This document shows, in pieces, positions 27,276-32,000 of a DNA stretch of 32,000 bases. The notes beneath the pieces were generated by a model. That model was not told the origin of the DNA. It saw only the letters and a list, made by a program, of their open reading frames with translations, and made no database searches. The position numbers and the translations under genes were made by a program. Within the stretch, counting starts at the first letter, position 1; the number at the start of each line of letters is the position of its first letter. The stretch is from Acaryochloris marina S15 (GTDB taxonomy: Bacteria > Cyanobacteriota > Cyanobacteriia > Thermosynechococcales > Thermosynechococcaceae): positions 60,001 through 92,000 of the forward strand of contig NZ_CP064926.1 of NCBI RefSeq assembly GCF_018336915.1, read 5' to 3'.

Positions 27276-27752
27276 ATGCGTCGAAAACTAGTAGGGACTT
27301 ATTTCACTTCGGGGATAGCTGCTTTCTATCTAAGCCTTGCTTGCTGTAGTCCTTTACCCCTTTTTGCTCAAGAAGCATCTAGCCCAGTAAAGAATCCACA
27401 CTACAACGCAGCGGTTTCTAGCCTTGAGCTGAAAGATCTTGAGGGGGCAATGAAGGCAATTAATCAAGCGATCCGGGTAGACCCATCTCTAGCTGAAGCC
27501 TATACACTTCGGGGAGTTCTCCTTATGGGTGACAAGAAATTTCAGGAAGCTAATGAGGATTTTAGTCAAGTTACAGTTCTTCAGCCTCAAAATGCTGAAG
27601 CATATACCAAACTCACCAAAAGCCAGTTAATGCTCAAGGATTATCAGGCGGCTTTGGAATCAGCAACCAAAGCGACAGAACTTGACCCTCAGAATCAAGA
27701 TGCTGAGCTGCTAAAGCGATTGGCTCAAAGCCTGGTTGAATCTTCTCAATAA
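27276..27752 (+). CDS. TPR-repeat protein with signal peptide (possible lipoprotein)
   Basis: 158 aa. The N-terminus is FTSGIAAFYLSLACCSPLPLFAQ. It has three TPR-like units (AEAYTLRGVLLMGDKKFQEANEDFSQV..., AEAYTKLTKSQLMLKDYQAALESATKATELDPQN). Confidence 0.8.
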   Translation: MRRKLVGTYFTSGIAAFYLSLACCSPLPLFAQEASSPVKNPHYNAAVSSLELKDLEGAMKAINQAIRVDPSLAEAYTLRGVLLMGDKKFQEANEDFSQVTVLQPQNAEAYTKLTKSQLMLKDYQAALESATKATELDPQNQDAELLKRLAQSLVESSQ

Positions 27753-27818
27753 TGCAGCATCCCCAAGTAAAGGCAGGGAGCGGAGCAAAGGCACGGCTTT
27801 GGGATGGCGACATTGCCG
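27751..27818 (+). repeat. Dispersed repeat copy 2
   Basis: Same sequence as 26711..26796 minus one 18-bp unit. Its ATG (27752) overlaps the TPR gene stop (TAATG) and opens a 34-codon ORF, MQHPQVKAGSGAKARLWDGDIADLTCARLLHVLA*. Confidence 0.85.
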
Positions 27819-28187
27819 ATCTGACGTGCGCTAGGCTCTTGCATGTTCTGGCCTGACTTATTGCGATAATCAGATGTTTTTTTCCTCAATACAGGAGCCA
27901 GGACATGCCAAGCAGCAAGCGTTTTTCTTCTCTTGAAGGGAGTTTTAGCCTTGCCCCCAGAATGTTATCAAATCGTTGTCATAACTCATTCAGCCCAAGT
28001 CAAAATTGAGCATCTAGATAATACATAGATGAAAATCAATTATAAATTGATTGAAAGTTTATAAAAATCTATTTAGAATTGAAGTATTGGCAGCAAGCAA
28101 AGTGATTGCAGTATCGCTGACATCAAGCACAATGAAGGCTAGAAGCCATACATTTATGGCGTTAGCAAACCCACTTCGGAGGCAACT

Positions 28188-28289
28188 ATGGAAGGCTACA
28201 CCTTAATTTGGTTCTTGATTTGGCAGTCTCTCTACTTTTCAATGTTCCTGCATTTCTTCCTTAGCGATGCTTTGAAAGAAACCGAATAA
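28188..28289 (+). CDS. Candidate 33-aa hydrophobic peptide
   Basis: MEGYTLIWFLIWQSLYFSMFLHFFLSDALKETE*. GGAGG lies 7 nt upstream of the ATG. There is one predicted TM helix and a charged tail. It is not in the ORF track because it is too short, and it is unsupported by homology. Confidence 0.3.
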   Translation: MEGYTLIWFLIWQSLYFSMFLHFFLSDALKETE

Positions 28290-28374
28290 TGCCGTGGGAA
28301 ACTTTGATAAAGCAGTACATAAATACCTAAGTGGCATTCACTAGACCATCTTTACTCATCCATTCCATATCTCT

Positions 28375-28617
28375 ATGGCCGATCAAGAAAAATACTCGAT
28401 TGACCTCTCCCGAAATACTGAAGAGACTTTAAACCACTCCAACAGCGATGCTAAAAAGATGCGGGCTATAGCTGCAACAACAAGGATTCAAGCTCGACAG
28501 CAAGCGGCACAGATAAAAATCGAAGCTAGACAGTACGCAGAACTAGATGCACAACTGAGGGCTGAGATTGAGAAGATTCTACCAGAGTATCAGTACGTGC
28601 CCGATCAGGCTAGTTAG
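28375..28617 (+). CDS. Small Arg/Ala/Gln-rich helical protein, paralog 2 (solo, no HIPSLT partner downstream)
   Basis: 80 aa. See the alignment under 26439..26648. Confidence 0.65.
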   Translation: MADQEKYSIDLSRNTEETLNHSNSDAKKMRAIAATTRIQARQQAAQIKIEARQYAELDAQLRAEIEKILPEYQYVPDQAS

Positions 28618-28748
28618 CTTCAAGATCGGACAGCCGAAGATTCTCAAAGGTCAGCTTTGCGCCTATCATCGCAGTAATGCTCACAGCCTTCCGGGTATCC
28701 TGGTACGAGGATTCACCGCACAGTTTAGTGCAACTGCCAACAGCCCAA

Positions 28749-29267
28749 TCAAATAGACTTGCTTGAAACGACACCTTTCCCTTGAACCACTAACACTGAA
28801 CAATGGGCATGGTGAACTACATAATTGCTAACACTTCCCAGGAAAAATTCCGTTAACCCTGTGCGACCATGACGCCCCACAATAATTAGATCAGCCTGCC
28901 ATATCTGAGCAAGATTGCAAACTTGATTCTCTGGGGTTCCCATTATGGCCTCAAAGGTTGCCTTCACTCCCTGTTGTTCTGCTTTTCGGCAATACTCTTG
29001 CAACCATAGTTTTGTTTCTGCAAGTCGAGCGCTCCAAGTTTGCTTCGTAATTTGAAAATCATCCGCAGATGGGGAAAGTACACTAGCGCCAACGGGTATC
29101 CCTACTATCGGAGCTGCTGAGGTGCCTGAAGGATTAACCTCTACTTCTATGCAGTGTAGGAACATCAACTCAGCCTGATGGAGCTTAGCCGTTTCTAATG
29201 CCCGCTCATACACAATAAACTGTAAGGACGAAGCATCCATTGCAACAAAAATGCGCTCATATCCCAT
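28749..29267 (-). CDS. Universal stress protein (UspA family)
   Basis: 172 aa with IFVAMDAS... at the N-terminus and the C-terminal ATP-binding motif DLIIVGRHGRTGLTEFFLGSVSNYVVHHAHCSVLVV. Confidence 0.85.
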   Translation of the reverse strand: MGYERIFVAMDASSLQFIVYERALETAKLHQAELMFLHCIEVEVNPSGTSAAPIVGIPVGASVLSPSADDFQITKQTWSARLAETKLWLQEYCRKAEQQGVKATFEAIMGTPENQVCNLAQIWQADLIIVGRHGRTGLTEFFLGSVSNYVVHHAHCSVLVVQGKGVVSSKSI

Positions 29268-29414
29268 GAGTATTCCTTCCTTTGATCCAAACTATAGTTG
29301 ATGAGATTTCTTATGCTCTTGAAACGAAACTGAAGAGTGAGCGCGCATGTTCTAGCCCTTCAACCCTATCAGTATTCCGCTAAAAAGCACCAACTTCGCT
29401 ATAGCCCCCTCAAG

Positions 29415-29644
29415 CTATTCATCGGTGACCTCTAGATACCCCGACAACGCCGCCAGCGTTCGATGCCCCGATATCCGCTGAATGTGTTTCGTCGGCATCC
29501 CAGTGTTGTGCATCCAGGTCAGAGCTGTACGCCTAAGCTATGGGTACTGAAGCCCTCCAATCCCACCCGAGCAAAGGTTTGCCTCAATATACGATCTGCT
29601 GAATTCACCTTATCCATCGGCATGTCCATGAATGGGCGCAGATA
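29415..29644 (-). pseudogene. Tyrosine recombinase/integrase C-terminal remnant (frameshifted, 5'-truncated)
   Basis: The reverse strand reads YLRPFMDMPMDKVNSADRILRQTFARVGLEGFSTHS. After a 1-nt frame change near 29533..29540 it continues LRRTALTWMHNTGMPTKHIQRISGHRTLAALSGYLEVTDE*. This is the R...H..R.....SGH......Y catalytic-region pattern of phage-type integrases. Confidence 0.65.
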
Positions 29645-29806
29645 AGGTGATTTTTAAGAGACCCCAGAATCCGTTAGAACGAGCTACATTCTGAGGCTCC
29701 TCACAAAACCCTCAAGTCTTTCTTTTAGCTTATCCCTGAGGGCTAGTCGAGGTTGAACGCCACGAGATGTTCAACGAGATCTAAATCAATGGAGGCGCTT
29801 ACGACC

Positions 29807-30052
29807 ATGGGTAAGATCAAAGTCGAGATTTTAGGCAAAGGCTGCAAAAAATGTAAGCAATTAGAAGCCAACGCTCAAGAGGCACTCGCTGCTCTTCGCT
29901 TAGATGGTGATTTTTCTCATATCACAGACACCATGGAAATTATTAATCATGGTGTGATGCAAACGCCAGCTCTCGTTATCGGTGGCAAAGTTCTTAGCCA
30001 AGGGAAAGTCATAGAGCCAGACAAAATTCAAGCCTTGATTCAGGTTGCATAG
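29807..30052 (+). CDS. Small thioredoxin-fold protein (redox-active disulfide protein 2 type, CxxC)
   Basis: MGKIKVEILGKGCKKCKQLEANAQEAL...GVMQTPALVIGGKVLSQGKV is the typical ~80-aa family usually found next to a permease gene. ATG 29807 is preferred over the track start TTG 29753. Confidence 0.8.
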   Translation: MGKIKVEILGKGCKKCKQLEANAQEALAALRLDGDFSHITDTMEIINHGVMQTPALVIGGKVLSQGKVIEPDKIQALIQVA

Positions 30053-30070
30053 ACTCTGTGAGGTATCACT

Positions 30071-30235
30071 ATGCATTTTTGGAAAGCGGAATGGAAGCCA
30101 CTTTCACTAATTGTGGCTGGTTTTCTGGTGTGCTTCTATCTACCAGTTGAGGCGATTCAGAATTCTGCTCGGTTGAGAAATGCATTTTTTGAAGCCCTGT
30201 ATTTGGTCCGTTGGGTATGGTTCAACCAAGAGTAA
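30071..30235 (+). pseudogene. Permease gene, N-terminal 54-codon fragment
   Basis: MHFWKAEWKPLSLIVAGFLVCFYLPVEAIQNSARLRNAFFEALYLVRW then diverges (VWFNQE*). This N-terminus is what I expect for the multi-pass permease that normally follows the thioredoxin-like gene. The break coincides with the palindromic repeat at 30214. Confidence 0.55.
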
Positions 30236-30858
30236 CACTTTTGGTTTTACGCTAGACCGGAAGAGTATTGACAAGAAAGGGATATGGAGTTTTGAACTGC
30301 AAGAGAGATGTTCTATTAGCCTTCTGGTACTTGAACCACGGCATCAAAACTGAGAAATCTTCACACAATACTCAGGTTCGACCTCTAGTCTTAATCTTGA
30401 GAGTAAAAGATCCCCACTGACTGGAGTATTCAAGTGATTAAAAAAATAATCCCAAGTAGCTTCAATACCAGAGCGTCAAAAGCTTCTGATAAGAATGATG
30501 GTTTATGTGCTGGCTGGTGGTTAGAGGTTGGCACTGCCAATCCTCCTTGCCTAAATTTCTATGGGCCTTTTGAAGATAAAGCTAAGGCTGAGACCGCAGA
30601 ACTAGACTTTGTTAGAAAATCTAGAAAGACATCCCCAATTATTTTCACTGACAGTAAGTTTTGCCAGCCACGACAACGCACACTTACAGAGAAAGACTTC
30701 ACCATTCAAGACTTGGAAGCTTGTCCTCCCACCTTTTTTGAAACCTTGCTGACTGGTCCTCGCATTTATTGACAATCCGAATCTCTATAGCCCTTGCTTG
30801 ATAGTGATTTTAAGGTTTAGATTCAACCCAAAAGTATAGTCTTGGGTTGAACCATACC
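30214..30858. mobile_element. 645-bp segment bracketed by inverted copies of a ~33-nt palindromic element (MITE-like or REP-like)
   Basis: The left copy is GGTATGGTTCAACCAAGAGTAACACTTTTGGTT (30214..30246). The reverse complement of the right copy (30825..30858) is GGTATGGTTCAACCCAAGACTATACTTTTGGGTT. Each copy is itself a hairpin; the right one has a perfect 10-bp stem, TTCAACCCAA/TTGGGTTGAA. No target duplication is seen. Confidence 0.4.
30434..30772 (+). CDS. DUF1816-like protein
   Basis: GWWLEVGTANPPCLNFYGPFEDKAKAE...FCQPRQRTLT follows the cyanobacterial DUF1816 pattern (WWVE+.T..P.C.YYFGPF....EA......C.P..LT). GTG start. Confidence 0.6.
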   Translation: MIKKIIPSSFNTRASKASDKNDGLCAGWWLEVGTANPPCLNFYGPFEDKAKAETAELDFVRKSRKTSPIIFTDSKFCQPRQRTLTEKDFTIQDLEACPPTFFETLLTGPRIY

Positions 30859-30908
30859 GTTTCGCTCAATGAGTTAGTGTACCGATCAATTTTGTAGAGG
30901 ATTAGGAT

Positions 30909-31172
30909 ATGACCACTCTGGCTCTCAATGTTTCTACTGTCAGTCCCCTAGGAGACCGCGTCTTTCTGAAAGTGAGTAAAGCTGAAGAGAAGACCGCAGG
31001 TGGAATTTTGATGCCTGACATAGCACGTGAAAAACCTCAAATTGGAGAGGTGGTCAGCGTTGGCCTAGGGAAACGGCAGGACGATGGTTCCAATATACCC
31101 ATGGATATTCAGAAGGGCGACCAAGTCCTTTATTCCAAATTCTCTGGCACTGATATCAAGTTAGTGTCTTGA
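30909..31172 (+). pseudogene. groES: Co-chaperonin GroES, 3'-truncated by IS256; no groEL follows
   Basis: [75 protein letters not shown] is a typical GroES sequence. It loses the expected final ~15 residues (GxxEYVLLSEKDILA-type) and ends VS* inside IS sequence. Confidence 0.8.
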
Positions 31173-32000
31173 TTTATTCGCCATGAGCTGGAATAGCTGA
31201 AATGCTCTGATAATAGAGAATTCGGAGCACTCCTTGATGAACATTTCCCAACGTGAGCAGCAGATTATCCGTATCCAGTCTCAAAGTTCATATGCCTCTA
31301 TTAACAAAGCTTTAGAAGCAACCCTGCGCCTTGAGGCTAACCGAGTTACCCAGATAGCAGTAGAGTCAGCACTAGACGAAGAAGTCCAAGCTTATCTATC
31401 AGAGCTTCAAGGGACTCGCCCTCGACGTTCAGGCTATTATCAGCGGGTTCTTGATACCCAGTACGGCAGGATTGCTCAACTATCTGTCCCGAAACTACGG
31501 AAAGGGAATGCAGACCGAGAGTGGAAGATTCTAGAGCGTTACCAACGAGCCCTCGGTAGCCTTCTAGAGTTTTGCCTGGGCTTGTATGTCATGGGTTTAT
31601 CGCTTCGAGACTTGCAAGAAGCTCTCTATGAGATCCTGGGAGCAGTTTTATCCGTGAATGCCATTAACCGGATTACTCTCAAAGCTCAGAAGCAAATGCT
31701 CCAAAGTCGTCAAACTCGTCTTGAGAAAACCCCTTTTATTCTGATTGTTGATGGAGTGTGGGCGAGTGTTCAATGCGCCTCCGAAGACTTTTGGGAAGAC
31801 CAAGCTGGACATATCCGGAAGCTACGTCGTGCGGAAGACCGAGTCATCTTAGTGGCCATGGCGATATGGCCAGATGGGACACAAACCGTTCTTCATTACG
31901 AAATGGCTGTCCAAGAATCTGAGGCAGCCTGGCTACTGTTCTTTGAGCACCTGCGGCACCGAGGATTGCAAACCCATTTGGTGAAGCTGATTGTCAGTGA
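31165..32000 (+). mobile_element. IS256-family insertion sequence, left part (runs off the window)
   Basis: The left boundary is inferred, to within a few nt, from where the GroES reading frame stops resembling GroES (after ...GTDIKL, about 31161..31165). The right end is not in the window, so the inverted repeats and target duplication cannot be checked. Confidence 0.65.
31237..32000 (+). CDS. IS256-family (mutator-type) transposase, 3'-partial
   Basis: My own translation from ATG 31237 is open to the window end. It contains ...RPRRSGYYQRVLDTQYGRIAQLSVPKLRKGN...ERYQR...LYVMGLSLRDLQEAL...FILIVDGVW..., which are IS256 transposase hallmarks. It is absent from the ORF track because no stop lies within the window. 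Confidence 0.85.
   Translation, partial: MNISQREQQIIRIQSQSSYASINKALEATLRLEANRVTQIAVESALDEEVQAYLSELQGTRPRRSGYYQRVLDTQYGRIAQLSVPKLRKGNADREWKILERYQRALGSLLEFCLGLYVMGLSLRDLQEALYEILGAVLSVNAINRITLKAQKQMLQSRQTRLEKTPFILIVDGVWASVQCASEDFWEDQAGHIRKLRRAEDRVILVAMAIWPDGTQTVLHYEMAVQESEAAWLLFFEHLRHRGLQTHLVKLIVS

Noticed and set aside
29463-29645. The 60-aa plus-strand ORF from the track
   Set aside because: It lies antisense to the integrase remnant, whose motifs are clearly readable on the minus strand. It is probably spurious.
30361-30385. A tRNA T-arm-like sequence (AGGTTCGACCT) as a possible tRNA or att site near the mobile DNA
   Set aside because: The stem is only 3 bp, and no D-arm, anticodon arm or acceptor stem can be built from the surrounding sequence.
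30859-30908. A CIRCE operator (TTAGCACTC-N9-GAGTGCTAA) upstream of groES
   Set aside because: The region contains only GTTAGTGTACC, which does not form the inverted repeat. No CIRCE is present.
1-32000. rRNA genes, tRNA genes and CRISPR arrays
   Set aside because: Visual scanning of both strands found no regularly spaced direct repeats, no rRNA-like conserved blocks and no cloverleaf-compatible sequences. A tRNAscan, Infernal or CRISPR-finder run would be the definitive check.

Overview
This 32-kb window looks like a cyanobacterial accessory region (plasmid- or island-like). HIP1 palindromes GCGATCGC sit at 2070, 2778 and 13075, and the gene content is typically cyanobacterial: CHAT protease, DUF928-like, DUF1816-like and a short SSB-like protein. 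The window is saturated with mobile DNA. There are five IS copies from four families (IS630, ISAs1, two unrelated ISKra4-like elements, a partial IS256), a 645-bp segment bracketed by palindromic repeats, and an integrase remnant. Three IS copies have clean target-site duplications and split recognisable genes (tpsB, tpsA, an FAD monooxygenase). groES, a permease gene and an LRR gene are truncated. Left third: a minus-strand two-partner-secretion pair plus a secreted CHAT protease, converging on a DUF928-like gene. Middle (13-18.4 kb): small genes I cannot assign to characterised families, several of which look nucleic-acid-binding (dsRBD-like, Lys-rich H1-like, SSB-like OB fold), plus an orphan SepF-domain protein. 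Four copies (one intact) of a gene-terminal module ending ...RVxRxWG lie partly within this cluster: three between 13991 and 15673, and a fourth, inverted, at about 19.7-19.9 kb. Right third: a secreted trypsin-like protease, a duplicated two-gene cassette of unknown function with an associated ~70-85-bp repeat, a SAM methyltransferase, a TPR protein, a USP and a thioredoxin-like protein. I found no rRNA, tRNA or CRISPR array by eye. All family names come from motif recognition, not from database searches.
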